This document shows, in pieces, positions 36,701 through 49,790 of a stretch of 64,000 bases of DNA. Position numbers and translations under genes: made by a program. Numbering within the stretch: the first letter of the stretch is position 1; the number at the start of each line of letters is the position of its first letter. Source of the DNA: Phaeosaccion multiseriatum. Lineage: Eukaryota > Protista > Ochrophyta, other classes. The stretch lies in the NCBI GenBank assembly GCA_965112735.1, contig OZ218952.1:3720001-3784000 (forward strand), read 5' to 3'. The notes beneath the pieces are model-generated. The model had not been told where the DNA came from, ran no database searches, and was given only the letters and a program-made list of their open reading frames with translations.

Positions 36701-37961
36701 CACTCACTCACCGCTGGCGTCTACGTTTTTCTGGAACACGTCAGCATAGCCCGCGAGAGAGTCGACGCCCTCCTGGATGCGAGCTCCGCCAGAGTCGTTC
36801 AGCCCTACGAGGTTGGTTGAGTTAGGAAGGAGGATGAGGGAACGGGTGATGGTGAGGGCCGGAAGGGGGATAGGACAGTAGTGAGGAGGAGCGGGCAGGC
36901 ACTACGTACTGTAAAATCAATACATAGAAATTTGCCGTAGATAATGGTACCTACCGATGACGGGGGCGCCCATCTCCATGGCCAGATCCATGACTTTGCA
37001 AATCTTCTGTGCGTACACCTCGCTCAGCGACCCGCCCAGCACGGTAAAGTCCTGGCTGAAGAGGAAGCACAGCCTCCCGTTGATGGTGGCCCTACCGGTC
37101 ACGACGCCGTCCCCCGGGTGCTGCTGAAGGGACATGCCAAAGTCTGTGCAGCGGTGCGTACGAAGCATGTCGAACTCGCGGAACGATCCCTCGTCCACGA
37201 GCAGCTCCACGCGCTCACGCGCCGTCAGCTTGCCCTTTTGGTGCTGCTCACGGGTTGTGGTGTATGGTGTATGACCCAAGAGGAAAAGGGGGATGGGTTC
37301 AGTCAATAGATAAAACCGGGGTGCGTGTGTGGGCAGAGGTTATGGAGGAAGTTCGCGCTGAGTGAGCAGTACGGGTGAGGGGAATAAAGTCGACCACCCT
37401 GCTTCTCTCGCACCACCCTGCCTCTCTCGCCCCCTCAAACAAGGCCCACCACAGCCACCACTTAAGTCACAGCTCGCCGAAGTGCTCCCACACGTGTGCC
37501 TCGCCGCTCTCAACGCACCTGCTTGTCTATTCTCTTCTGGCCGCCTCCTTCGAGAGCCTTGGCCTTTTCTTGCGCGAGCCTGTCTCGGAATTGCCGCTTG
37601 AGCGCAGGGACGTCGATGGCGGTGGGTGCATCCGCAGCAGTCGCCGTGCTCAAGTGCTGCCTCTTGGACGACTGTGTTGCTGCTGCTGCTGCTGCCCACA
37701 TGGACGGGAGATGTCTTGAGGAGCGCTGGGAAGAAAGGCACATCGACAGCAAAAGAAAAGGCACAGGGGTCACATCGACAGCAAGAGGGACGGTTATCCT
37801 CCCAACACAGAGGTCACAGAGGTCTCGCGTTGCGTTCCCTTTTCCTCCCCTGCGTTCCTCTCTTCCCCCTTCCTTACCTCGGGTGTGACTAGGAAAGCGC
37901 CACATCTGCTCAGTTTGCCTCGCCCTACTGCTTCTGAAGCAGCCCTCCTCAATGGAAGCAT
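33742..37961 (-). CDS. PCCB: Propionyl-CoA carboxylase beta subunit, mitochondrial; multi-exon
   Basis: Presequence MLPLRRAA...; [75 protein letters not shown] and KKHSNIPL-stop. Confidence 0.96.
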
Positions 37962-38402
37962 CTTCACGCTCTCAGGTTCAAGGTTCAAGGTGGGGAGAAA
38001 AGAAGAAGAAGAAGAAGAAGAAGAAGAAGAAGGAGAAGGAGAAGGAGAGGAGCGATTCAAAAGAAGTAGCAGCTAGATGAAGGCTTAATGGACTAGGCAA
38101 CCATTCCGCCAGGAGAGGACGGTCTAGAGAGGAGGGAATATATTAAGAGGGAGAAAAAGGAGAAAGAGGAACAAGAGTCGATTTTGTTTGTAGAGTCGCT
38201 CGAATTTGATGACTTACGAGTACCTGATAATCGCTTTCTTCATCAGGGGGGGCACAGACGCGATGTCATCGGGCACAGACGCGATGGACATACCATTCTT
38301 GTGATGGGCCTTGTAGAGGTAAGAAAGAACAGCGTATTTGTTTGAAGAAGCCTCTTGAAAGAGCGACAACGAGGGAGAGACAAGCCAGCAACGGCATCGA
38401 CT

Positions 38403-38664
38403 ATGCCCTTCCTCGCCGACGATACCAACGCTCCGCATGAAAGGCTCAATTCATTGGCGTCACAGGCGGATCCCGCAGAAGAGTACCAGCGGCTCCTGGG
38501 ACGAACGGGAGGAGGAGGAGGAGGAGGAGGAGGAGGAACGCCGACGAGGACTGGGGGCTCGACCCTGGGCAACACTAGGCTTTTCAACAGAACTGGTACC
38601 GCCTCTACTGCTGGTGGGGAGTCCTTCTCCCGGCAGCGACAACCGTACATACCAGTGCTTGGTG

Positions 38665-38697
<33 letters not shown>

Positions 38698-39657
38698 GAG
38701 GGGATGGCGGCGGGGGCGGCGAGGGAGGAGCCCACCAGGAACACGGCCGTAGGGCGGGCCAGCAGCGGCGCCACACGAGCGAGATAAGCTCGAGTCTTCC
38801 TGTTCAGATGCTCATGTACTACAACGTCTGCCTCTCTGCCGTGTTCTTGGCGCTGGAAGGCGGACTCATTGTGCAGAAGGTAGGTATCGTACGCAGAGGG
38901 ATTGGGAGAGAGGGTGCGGGTGGTGGCAATGGCTTAAGAATGGATAATTACGGGGCCCCATCCCCTCTCTTACTCACTCCATCCTCATCCCCCACCCCCT
39001 CTATATACACATGGTGCTCAGCTGAAGAACTACTACTTCGAGTCGCAGCTGCAGAGGCTCATGATGCTGCTCGTCTTCCTCGTGTGGACGGTAGCAGAGG
39101 TGCAGCGCTTCTACTTTGGCTGGGCAGGCAACTTGCACGAAATGGTACCGCAGATGAGCGCCTTCATGCTCATGACGCTCTTTCCGCAGTGCTTTTGCGT
39201 CGTCTTTCTCACCACGTTGCAGGTGAGGGGAGTGAGGGAGAGGGTGAGGGAGAATCGAAGGGAAAGAGAGCGTATGCGAGGGGGTGTAAGAGGAGGATTG
39301 AGTGAGAGAGAGCGAGGGAGAGAGGGGGAGGGAGAACAAGGAAGAAGATACTGCATCCATTGCACGCATTGTAGGGAAGAAAGATGGAACCCTAAGCTCC
39401 GCCACCCATCTCTCCGTCCGTGTCTTGGCCTTGTCCCCCCGCGTGTTTCCTCCCCCTGTCCCCCCTCGCCCCACCTCTCGCACCAACCAAAGGAGCACAT
39501 CTGGCCCGCAGACAAGATCCTCGGCGGTCTCATGCTCTCCTTCCTCATCTTGGAACTCGTGTGCGCTTACTTCGGCCTGCGAAACATCACGAGGAAGAGG
39601 ACGGCGCAGTTCCTTAGAGTGGCGCAGGAGGAGGTGGCGAGCCATCACCAGGACTGA
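38403..39657 (+). CDS. TMEM17: Transmembrane protein 17 (ciliary transition zone, TMEM17/216 family), 3 exons
   Basis: SSLPVQMLMYYN, EVQRFYFGWAGNLHEMVPQMSAF and a 4-TM pattern, with GT-AG introns at ~38880-39021 and ~39223-39491. Confidence 0.8.
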
Positions 39658-39755
39658 TACACGAAGATGGGGATCACGATGATGACGACGACGACGGCGA
39701 CGACAACGACGACGACGACAACGACGACGATGATGATGACGACGACGACGACGAC

Positions 39756-39814
<59 letters not shown>

Positions 39815-41655
39815 GCGCAGTGAATGGGACAGAGACAAGGAAAGCTGCCTTGGGCTGGCGGACTGACTGGCGGACCAACTGAGTGGCGGACTGACTGACT
39901 GGATAAGGTGGTGGCTGGGCTCTCCAGGACAGGGGTAGGCTTGTCTCCTCCACTCAGAAGGGCAGAGAGAGGGGCAGTTGTCTTGCTGGACGCTCGGCCG
40001 CCCTCCCTGTCCACACCAGCTCCGAAACCCCTGCTGCTTGCTGCTTCTAGAGGCTCACCCCGAGGGCACGTGGGGGGATGGGGTGTATGGGGGGCGAAGT
40101 TGCTGTTGCACTCTCGGGTAAGCAAGACATGCTTCCTCCCAGAGGCAGCTGCTTGCCGTCTATGCACGGTGTGCCCCTGCTACGGCCAGCGGGTCAGCGA
40201 GCGCAGCGCGCCCGGGGTCGCGCTTCAGCGGCATCGGCATTGTTATCCAATTGGTGGAAGTGACACCTACGTGTACTTTGAGAGCTCGGCAGAAGAGATC
40301 CCTCACTGAGTGAGTATTGACTTTTGAGCGGTGCTGACGCGGCCGACGGACTTCTTGAGCAGCGGAGCAGCAGAGTTGGGTGTCAACCTCCGGTCTCGGT
40401 GCGAGAGGATGTCAGAACAAAGAAGGTAACCAGCAACCTGGCCATCTATGGCCTTAGCTCCCCATCGTGCCGGCCCGGGAGATACACGGGCTCGACCTCT
40501 CCAGCGCTTTCTCTACAGTACCCGCGGCGAAGGGGTGCTTCTTCCGTCATCTCTCTGCAGCCTCTGCAGCAGGGCGCATGACTCCGGACTTTGTGGTGTG
40601 TGTGGTGTGGCTTCACCCCAAGCTCAATCCAACGAGAAGGGAAGGCTCCTGGCCACACAGGATTGTGGGGGTGGCGTGGCAGCATGCAGCAGCCCCCACA
40701 CCCCCCGCCGGTGTGGTGAGCGGCGCTGCGCTGACTGAGCCAAGCACGAGAAAACGAGACAGAGGATGGGACATCATCAGCGATTGTACTCACTGCTCGA
40801 AAGAGAGGAGGGGCGACGACGGGGATACACACAAGTGGTGCCTTAGCCTCGTTGTACGTGCGGGACAGGAAGGCAAGATCAGAGCGAACGCCCTCAACCT
40901 CCCCCTCGGGCCCCCCTCCTCTTTCATCTCCTCACTGTCAGAGTGGGAGGGTTGCCGGCGGGAGTAGTTCGTACTGTAGGAGTACGGGCCAGACGAAAAG
41001 AGGAAAAGACTCGGGGCAATCATCCACCACAAGCACCGCGCAACCAGCAGAGAAGACACAGGCAAAAGCAACGCAACTGCAAGTCGCTTTGCTTTGTTTG
41101 TGTGTGTTTGAAGTTTTTTTTCTCTTCAATTGGAATGCTATGACTTGGATTGATATCTGTTCACAGTAGCCCCTCTATTTCTCTACCTCTCCATCTTCGC
41201 AACCCCAAAATTCAAGGATAGCGCCCCCCCCCCCCCTGCACGCCGTCTCTCAGACAGCGTGAAGTTGAAGTTAGAGAAGCACCACCCCCCCCCCCCTTCC
41301 CTCAGGGGAGGAACTTTTCGTGTGTGTTACCCCGGCACAAGTAAGACAAGTAAGCGGCCGCTGCCTCCCCTCCCTGCGCCTCCGCTTATATCGAAATTAT
41401 CGCATCTTCCTCCCCACCCGGGTCGGACGGAAGAGCCCCTGTTTCCACTCTTCCATCCTTTGAACCAGTCAAGGACAAAAAGAACGGGCGAATAGAGGAA
41501 AGGAGCCCTTCGACGTCGCTGGGCGAGGCGCCACCTATCCCGATCCCGTGGTCGGCATCAGCAGCGCATAAGATATACATACATCACCACACCCATCTAC
41601 CCGATCACCAAAGGAAGGCCACTGCCCCTACCAACCCTTGGTTAGACTCACTCGC

Positions 41656-42372
41656 TTACTGCTCAAAGGCCCTCTTGAAGATAACCGGAGCCTCGATGAG
41701 CCCTACGGTTCCTGCCAGCCAGTTGAGCACAATGGGGAACCATCCATTGGCGCCCGACGCAATACGCGCGCTCTCAATCTCCGCTGGAGACGCGCCTCTC
41801 TTCTTGGCCGACTCCCACGCCTCGTCGAAGGGCTTAGAATGAGCGTTTCGGGCTCTCTCCGTCTCTTCGCTCTCCTTCGCTGTCAACTGCCTTCCCTTTG
41901 TGGAGCTCGCCACGTTCCCATCCCTGCTCCATCCGCCCAGTTCGTACAGCTTTCCCTTTTGGTCGGGGGTGAGGCTCCTCCAGTAGTTCTTGTAGCTCAA
42001 GTCGGTCCTCGTGTAGTGGGAAAAGTAGTCGGGCTGCCCCCCGGGAGGTGCGTAAGGGTTCACGGCTGGTGGCACGGCCCCAGGCTCGGACCCGCGCCTA
42101 TTGCCCATTCCTGGCGCGCCGGGGCTGTGGTAGGGGTTAGGGCTGCCGGGCCTCGTCTCGCCTCCTCCTGCTGCTGCTCCCACGGGGTTGGGTGCGCCGG
42201 GGCTCCCGAAGCTCGCGTACTGCATCATCATGCCTCGGCTGCTGCTCCTGCGGGTGGTGGGGGCGACTGCTCGAGTCAAGGGAGAGCTAAGGAAGGCCGC
42301 GACAGGTGCCATGGCGCTTGCGAGAAGCACCACAACCACGAGGAGCATCTGGTGCTTCATGGAGGGAGACAT
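41656..42372 (-). CDS. Putative plastid-targeted protein of unknown function
   Basis: Signal peptide MKHQMLLVVVVLLASAMAPVAA|F followed by an S/T/R-rich transit peptide (ASAFAP-type bipartite targeting). The 3' end might be extended by splicing. Confidence 0.7.
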   Translation of the reverse strand: MSPSMKHQMLLVVVVLLASAMAPVAAFLSSPLTRAVAPTTRRSSSRGMMMQYASFGSPGAPNPVGAAAGGGETRPGSPNPYHSPGAPGMGNRRGSEPGAVPPAVNPYAPPGGQPDYFSHYTRTDLSYKNYWRSLTPDQKGKLYELGGWSRDGNVASSTKGRQLTAKESEETERARNAHSKPFDEAWESAKKRGASPAEIESARIASGANGWFPIVLNWLAGTVGLIEAPVIFKRAFEQ

Positions 42373-43541
42373 TGTTGATTGTGTTGAGCTTGCTTGCTGG
42401 CCGTCCTTCTGCTGTCTTCCTTCTGAGAGGGGGGAGGAGGCCAAGGGGAGAAGAGAGAGAGAGAGAGAGAGAGGAGAGGGGGGGGAGCGAGGAATTTTGG
42501 TCCCGTTAAGATTTAGAGTCGGTCCGTACGTATGCGCTCCTTATCCACCTTTGCTACAGCGCAAGACCATGTCCAGAGCACACCAGGAGAAGAGCTGCAC
42601 AGCCCATAGGGACCTCCACCAGCAGCACGACCCCGAGCAGGTAACAGAGAACGGGAAACTGAGGGATTACATGCTCTCAGCGGTGGTTGTATGATTGCGC
42701 ATGTGCCGGGACGCGTAGTGTGGACGCATGCGATAGGCGGAGTCGCAGGCAGGCGACATGAAATCAAGCAAGTGTCCCTCTTTACCCACCATCAGCACAA
42801 CAAGAGCCTCACCTGCTTTGTGAAGAGGAAGAAAAAAAGGGATGTTGAGGGGGAGGGAGGATGGCAAGTTTCCAGAAACTTCGATATCTGAAGTCGATGT
42901 CGATACACAGCCAACTCACAGATGGTGACGGAGGAAAGGTGTTGGAATCTGGAAAAGGGGACAGGTGCGTAACGCCTCGGATGGCTTTAAACTTTTCGTT
43001 CTCCATCAGGCACGTCACACATTTCAGCGACAGCTCTGTGCTCCTCTTTGGCCATGCGTTTTACATCGAATCATTCGTTACACCAGGCACGTCTGAAGAA
43101 AAAAAAGAGAGAAAAGAGGGGAAGGGAGATAAGCTTTTCCGTTTGTCCCTGGCAAGCTCGCGTCCATCTTGCGTATCTACAAGAGAAGCTTGTCGTATGT
43201 AAGTTGAAGAGAAACAGCACGGCACCGCAGTACACGACCAACACTGTTCCAGCTTATTTGACGTCGAGGAAGAGAGTGACAGTATTAGGAACGGGGGAAG
43301 GATCCGCCAAGGCAGCGACTCGGACGAGCTTTCCTCCGGTGAGGACTCTCAGAGCACGACACCACGAAGCGACTTTTCTCAACGCCACAGCCTTGGCACC
43401 AGAACCGGCAAGGCGCCACCAAGCAACACACGACAGCGAGGTCACGCAGGGGCAGCAACGCGTGGCACCAGGAACCCACGCTGCTTGAGCCCAGGCTGCT
43501 CTGGGTCAATTCAGCCCCCTCGCCGGCGCGACGAGCAGGGG

Positions 43542-44129
43542 ATGGAGGCGGTGCTGCGGCGCTCGACGGAAACTCTCGGCCATAGCAGCCCCATCTGCTT
43601 CCCCGAAGAGGGGCGCGAGAGAAGAAGCGCCTCAACGGCCTCAGCAGCAAAGAGACGCATACAGGCATCCTCCTCTCTGAGTCCATCTGCCCTCAGGAGC
43701 TTCTCGCTACGCATACCGAGTCTCCAGTCATTCTCTCGGATGGGCATCCTGTCCCGGCGGCGTGCGGCGGGCACTCGAGAGCACGAGGCGGACAACAGAC
43801 AGGACCCGCTGAGCTCGTCCAACGACGACGACGACTCGTACCAGAGGTGGTGCAAAATCCGGCAGCGAGTAAACAGGGCGTGGCAGATCCCAACGGCGAC
43901 CACGGCGCCCCCTTCTCCCACTTCTTCTTCTTCTTCTTCTTCTTCTAGTTCGTCTTCTTCCTCGAAAAAGGAGCCGGATGCGTCGGGTACCTCGTCGCTC
44001 ATGCGGAGCAGCGGTGGCAGCTCAAATACCGAGAGCCGCGGGCAGCAAGGTTTCAGACTCTCTGTTCTGGTGGGAGGGCTGGGCCTGGGCTTGAGGCCGA
44101 GAGACGGCACTACTACCAAGCCTACCACC

Positions 44130-44190
<61 letters not shown>

Positions 44191-44318
44191 GACGGGATGA
44201 AGACGGAGAGGGCTGCCACACGATCGACTCGCCCGGCGGAGAGACCAGCGGAGAGCAGAGTCGAGCCGAAGAACGACTGTCTCATTTGCCTCAGCAGCAG
44301 CAGCAGCAGGAGCAGCAA

Positions 44319-44369
<51 letters not shown>

Positions 44370-44385
44370 CCTCAGCAGCAGCAGC

Positions 44386-44476
<91 letters not shown>

Positions 44477-44738
44477 GCCTCAGCAGCCTCAGCAGCCTAA
44501 GCAGCAGCAGCAACAACAGCCCCGGTGGCAGTGGAGAGTCTCATCAACCTCTCAAAAGATTTTTCCTGTTGCGGATAATGGGAAGGGCCTGGGGGACGAA
44601 GAAGCACGTCACACACGAGCGAATAGCTGTCCTTTGTCAGATGTGAGGACCTTCTCTGAAACGCTTCCGCGCACGTCATCGGGCTTCTTCGCCTCACGGA
44701 GCAGCCCCGCCCTTGCCCGCGTCTGGCGCACGTCATGA
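43542..44738 (+). CDS. Hypothetical low-complexity protein (polyS/polyT/polyQ)
   Basis: ~400-codon ORF with all microsatellites in frame; no recognisable domain. Confidence 0.4.
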
Positions 44739-46201
44739 CCACGCGCACCCCTTCAGAAGTATCGAAAGTTGCAATAGGTTTGAGAAGCCATCGGGGGGTC
44801 CCAACCCGCCGACCCGCCAACCCGCCAACCCGCCCCCGGCTAGCTCTGCAGAACCCCCTTCAGAGCAGCGAACTGGTTCCGGCGCTGCGGGCAGCGGAGG
44901 GAGGGATGTAGGGATTCTGCTAAGGACAGGGGGGTCGGAGGGAGAAGGGGGGGGGGGGAGAGGGGCATGGTTTACTTTCAAAATACGGACACAGAGTCCG
45001 CTTGTTGAATTGTTTCGAATTAGGAAGTAGATATCACTGACTGTGTTAATTTAAAGCAATACCACAGAGACGAACACAAGAGATGACTAAGAATAGAGAG
45101 CCTGCATACAAAGACCCCTGGGCGTATGAGTGAGTGCACTCACTGCACATACAATTTTGCATACAGTCCACTTGCACCGTCATGAAACGGCACCATCATG
45201 AAGGAACGGTCTGTGTCGGGGGTGGGTCATAGGACGGACGGTCCAAGACGCTGAGCCCAGGCACACCACCTCATGCTGCTGTAGGGCGTCGAAGCTGTCA
45301 GAGTGCGTTCGTGAGCACGCGAGTGATGTGAGTGACGGAGAGTGCGTGTGAGTGGGCCAGCGGGGGGGTGGGGGGGGGGAAGTGAGCGAGTGACTTGAGT
45401 GTGTGAGATCGTGGAGTGAGTGCCCGATTGTCATGATTGGAGCGAAAGGGAGTGAGTGAGTGGAGTGGCGTTGAAGTGTGAGCGACTGGGCGAGCGAGTG
45501 AGTGCGTGCGTGCGCGAATGAGTGGAAAGGAAGCGGCCCGACCAGGGCGTGGTCGCTATGTGAACGAGCAGAAGACAAGTAGGGGGGGGGGACAGAGATC
45601 TAGTACACCATATACTGTAGACTGGGGGGGAAGGGGGGAAGGGTAAAAGGGAGGGGGGAACAAGGAGAATTTTACCCGGGGGGGGGGGAGATTTGTACGC
45701 ACGGGATGTGCACCACATTGATGTAGTACTTACGGGATGACAAGCGAGCCGAAGGAGAGACGGAGACAGCCAGTCTGGCCTGCCCGCAGGCAGACGAGAG
45801 AAGAAGAAGACTTGATATAGATTGTTGATTAAGTTGAGAGGAGAATTGTAGAGGTGAAGAGCACAAGGGGTTGATAACCCTACTGAGAATGGATAGAAGA
45901 GACTACTGAGGTTGACACGTACGGGCTATTGGCAACGTAGAGACTATTCGATATGGGGTATAGTGAGATAGGTGCGTGGGCAGCTCTATCCCCCCTTATA
46001 TCCAGGTGCACATAAGTCAGGGATTTCCGTAACTGTGAGTGATCCGAAGGCAGAACACATTCAATATGTCACACATATCCAATTAACGCGGCTATTTCTA
46101 TCTACACACACACACCATCTCCTCCGTGGTGTTGCGCGTAGGGGCTGCGCTGCCCTTACTCTAGCTCGGCGTCTCATCCCTTGTGGATCGTACAGGGAAG
46201 G

Positions 46202-47577
46202 ATGGAACGTTTCCTCTTGCTCAGGGCGGCGGCGCTGGGCCACTATCAGTCTCGCCTCAGCGCCACAGACAGCTTGAGCAGCGAGGTACGTCATCATCGA
46301 TCATATATCCCGCTCCCAGCAGCCTGTCTCTCGCGCGTGTTCTGTGCCCGGGGGGAAGCTTTCGCCCAGCCAACCTCTGTCCCCCCCCCCTTTGCTTCCC
46401 CCCGCGCGGCGCTACGCTCAGCCCTTCCTTGTTTGGCCATCCTTGACTCACCACCTTCCCGCACCGCTTGGCTTTTCGCAACCGGTCGCTTGCCAGGCCC
46501 TGGACTCTCCGTTTATAGCCACGCATCATTGCGCGACGTCCTCGCAGGCTCTGGCCGACCTCAGCGCCTTCCCCCACCACGTTCCCCCGCTTTTTTCGCT
46601 AAGCTCTCCCTTCGTGCTCCCGCTCTGCTCTCGGTCTACTCTCGCAGGCCACACGTCTCCGCTACGCTATCAAAAACGAGCCGAATACCACCAAGGTCAG
46701 GGCCGCTGTGCGGGCACTCGTCGCCCAGCAAGGAGGGGACAGGGCGTGCCTTGAGAAAGCCATCGATGAAGACGGACGCACTCCAGTGTACCTCGCGGCA
46801 AGCTGGTACCGAGGTGATGTCATCGGTATGCTGCTCCAAGAAGGCGCATCCCCCAACACGCCTGCAGGGCGCGATGGCGACACAGCCCTAGCAAGAGCCA
46901 GCCGGGACGGGAGGGAGGAAGTCGTCCAGCAGCTGCTTTCTGCAGGAGCGTCAGTTGACACCGCAAGTCCTAAGCGGAGGATAACGCCGCTGCACGAGGC
47001 TTGTCGAGGAGGACACGCTACCATCGCCCGACACCTTCTCTCTGCTGGGGCTGATATCGAGAGCCGCAATGAGCAGGCGTGGACTGCTATTCATTTTGCT
47101 GCCTTTTACGGCCACCTTTTCGTCGTGCGGGCTCTTGCTGACGCTGGCGCTTGCCTCGATGCACCGGAAGGTATGGTGAGCGCTTCGCCCCTTTGTTTGG
47201 CTTCTCAGCGAGGCCATTCCCAAGTGGTGGAGGCACTGCTCTCGGCAGGGGCCAAAGTGGACATGTTGGCGGCCGACGGATCTTCTCCCCTCCACTTCGC
47301 GGCTGTAGCGGGGCATGTGGCGGTGATCCGTGTGCTCATCTCTGCGGGTGCGCAGGTGGACAGCAGGAGCGTAGGCAGCCTCCCCTCGACACCGCTACTC
47401 TTGGCAGCGGATTATAACCGCGAGGGAGCCATGCAGGAGCTGCTTAGAGCAGGGGCGTCAGCAGCCGAGGCCTTGAAGTTGGCTCGAGAGCGAGGCTGGC
47501 TCGAAGATAGCGATCGACTTGTGGGCGCGTATGAGCACTTCGTTCGTGGACGTGATGCGGCTGTTCGATCATCGTGA
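46202..47577 (+). CDS. Ankyrin-repeat protein (2 exons: 46202-46285, 46648-47577)
   Basis: About 7 ANK repeats (GRTPVYLAA, GDTALARAS, ITPLHEAC, WTAIHFAA, ASPLCLAS, SSPLHFAA, STPLLLAA). An in-frame GT-AG intron links an upstream ATG exon. Confidence 0.88.
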
Positions 47578-48121
47578 TGCGGCTGCTGTGGGGGGGAGCA
47601 AGCAGAGCGAGGCGTCGGAGCGAGGCACTGACCATCAAAGGGGGGGAGGGGAGAGTATGTATGCATGTATGGTTGGGAAAGTAGCGAGCGAATCAGGAGA
47701 ACGAGGGGCGAGAGCGAAGGGAGGAGAGGAAGCGAGCGAAGGCAGTTGGGGGCCAGGGGGGGGGCTCCACACACATCAGACGAATGAATCGAACTTGGGA
47801 AGAAAGGTGGCTGTGCCGAGTAGCTCGGGTAGTATCTAGGTTAGGTACGGTAGGGTAGGAAAGCTCCCATCAGGACGGGATTTGTACTACAGGCAGGGTA
47901 TAAGATAGGGAAGGATGGCCTTGATTAGGCCAAGCTAAGCGTGGAGAGAAGGAAGAGACGAAGAAACGTGGACACACAATATTCATTGACACGGCAAATG
48001 GAAAGAGAGAGGGTATGTGCGCACTGGCCCTGCCAGCAGGCCAACCGCAGAGTGTCAGTGTCTCAGCAAGGTCAGAGCACAAAAGTAAGGCGCCATTTTT
48101 TTTAATATATATAAAACTGAA

Positions 48122-48406
48122 CTAAAACGTTATGTCTTCTTCCTCTTCGTCCTCCTCGTCCTCGTCATCCTCCTCCTCCTCTTCGTCCTCCTCTTCCTCC
48201 TCCTGCTGCTGCTGTTGTCGCATCACCAACTGGTTGAGCACCTCTCTCGAGTCATAGACTGTGGTCCACGTCTGCTCCTCCTCCTCCCGCACCATCTCCA
48301 GCAGCACCCCGGTGGTACCCATGAAGAAGCCTTGGTGGTCGGTGCCCTGAGAGAGCATCCCGACCACCCTCCCCGACTCCGTTAACAGCGGACCGCCTGA
48401 GGAAGT

Positions 48407-48448
<42 letters not shown>

Positions 48449-49758
48449 GTGAGAGAGAGAGGGGAGGGGAGAGAGATGAAGGAGTAGAAGCGAGGAAGAG
48501 AGGAGAGTTTACATATACGTACTATTACAAAGAGGTAAGAGAATCAGAGAGGGAATGAGAGAGACGGAGAGAACAGTGAGAGAAGGTTGCACGCTGCTGC
48601 TATACATCGTGATGCACACCACACCTTACGCTCTCCCATACCCCCACATACAACATATCCAACACATCCACTACACTGCCATCCCCATCCCACCGCCCAT
48701 CCATTGCCATCCGACCCACCCACCCACACACACACCTGATGCTCCCGCTTTGTTTCCCAGTGCGACTTCGAGGGCCTCTCCGTGTCGGGAGAGCATGACG
48801 CGTCTCGACAGCGGGCCCTGCGTTACCATGATGGAGGAACCACGGTGGTACTCCGGCCAAGCAATGTGCGTCAGCATCTGTGTCACCCTTAGGTCCTTGG
48901 ATTCAGCCATGCGCAGGGAGGGCAGGCCCAGTTTCAGTTTGGGTTGGCGGCGCGTCCTATGCCTGTTCCCCTCGTCTCCCAGGAGGTCTGTCCGCCCTCG
49001 GAGAAGCGGGTCCTCACCCAGCCTCTGTAGAAAGCTTGATAGCCTACCGCTACCATTGTCGCCTTGCCACCGCTGTTGCTGCTGCTGCTGCACCTGTTGC
49101 GGCGCCGAGGGTGGGACACCACCAGCACCACCACCACTGCCGACGCCATTTGACAACAAAGAGGAGGGGGAAGATGATGATGATGCGGCATCCCCAGCAA
49201 TCGGCCCGTTGAGGCGATGGGTGAGGCGCAGCAGCACGGGGAAGTCAGGGTGCCAGCGTTCCTTGTCGTAAAAGGCACGCATGCCCTTGTGCGTTACTTC
49301 GACAGTGGCCAGGAAGGTCCACACGGTCTCGCTCTCGCTGTGGAACGTTCCCACAAGCACCTGTTTGTAGTTGGTTGGTTGGTTGTTTGTTTAGGTTGGT
49401 TTGTTAACTTGTTTGTTTGTTTGTTTGTTTGTTTGTTTCTTTTTTGGGTTATATTGTTTCGTGTCGTTTTAGGTGTCGTCGTCGAAGCTACGAAGCTATG
49501 GAGGGGAGGGGCGCATCTTCAACACCTTCAACAATCTCCACCCTCTCCTCTCTTGACCAACAATGCCAACCCGCCAACCCATCCAAACAAGTTTGCCGCG
49601 CAACAACACTCACCACGCTCTTGCCCACAGGTGCCTGCGCCTTGGGGCTCCACACCTTCTTGGACTTGTCCATCTCACAGAACGTGTGCCCCACCGACAG
49701 GAGCAAGCCGCGCTCCCCATCCACCACAAAGGCCGTGGCTTGGTCGCCCACCTGCAGC

Positions 49759-49790
<32 letters not shown>

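Noticed and set aside
39001-40167. 388-aa minus-strand poly-His ORF
   Set aside because: It is antisense to TMEM17 and runs through a (GAT/GAC)n microsatellite in its 3' region.
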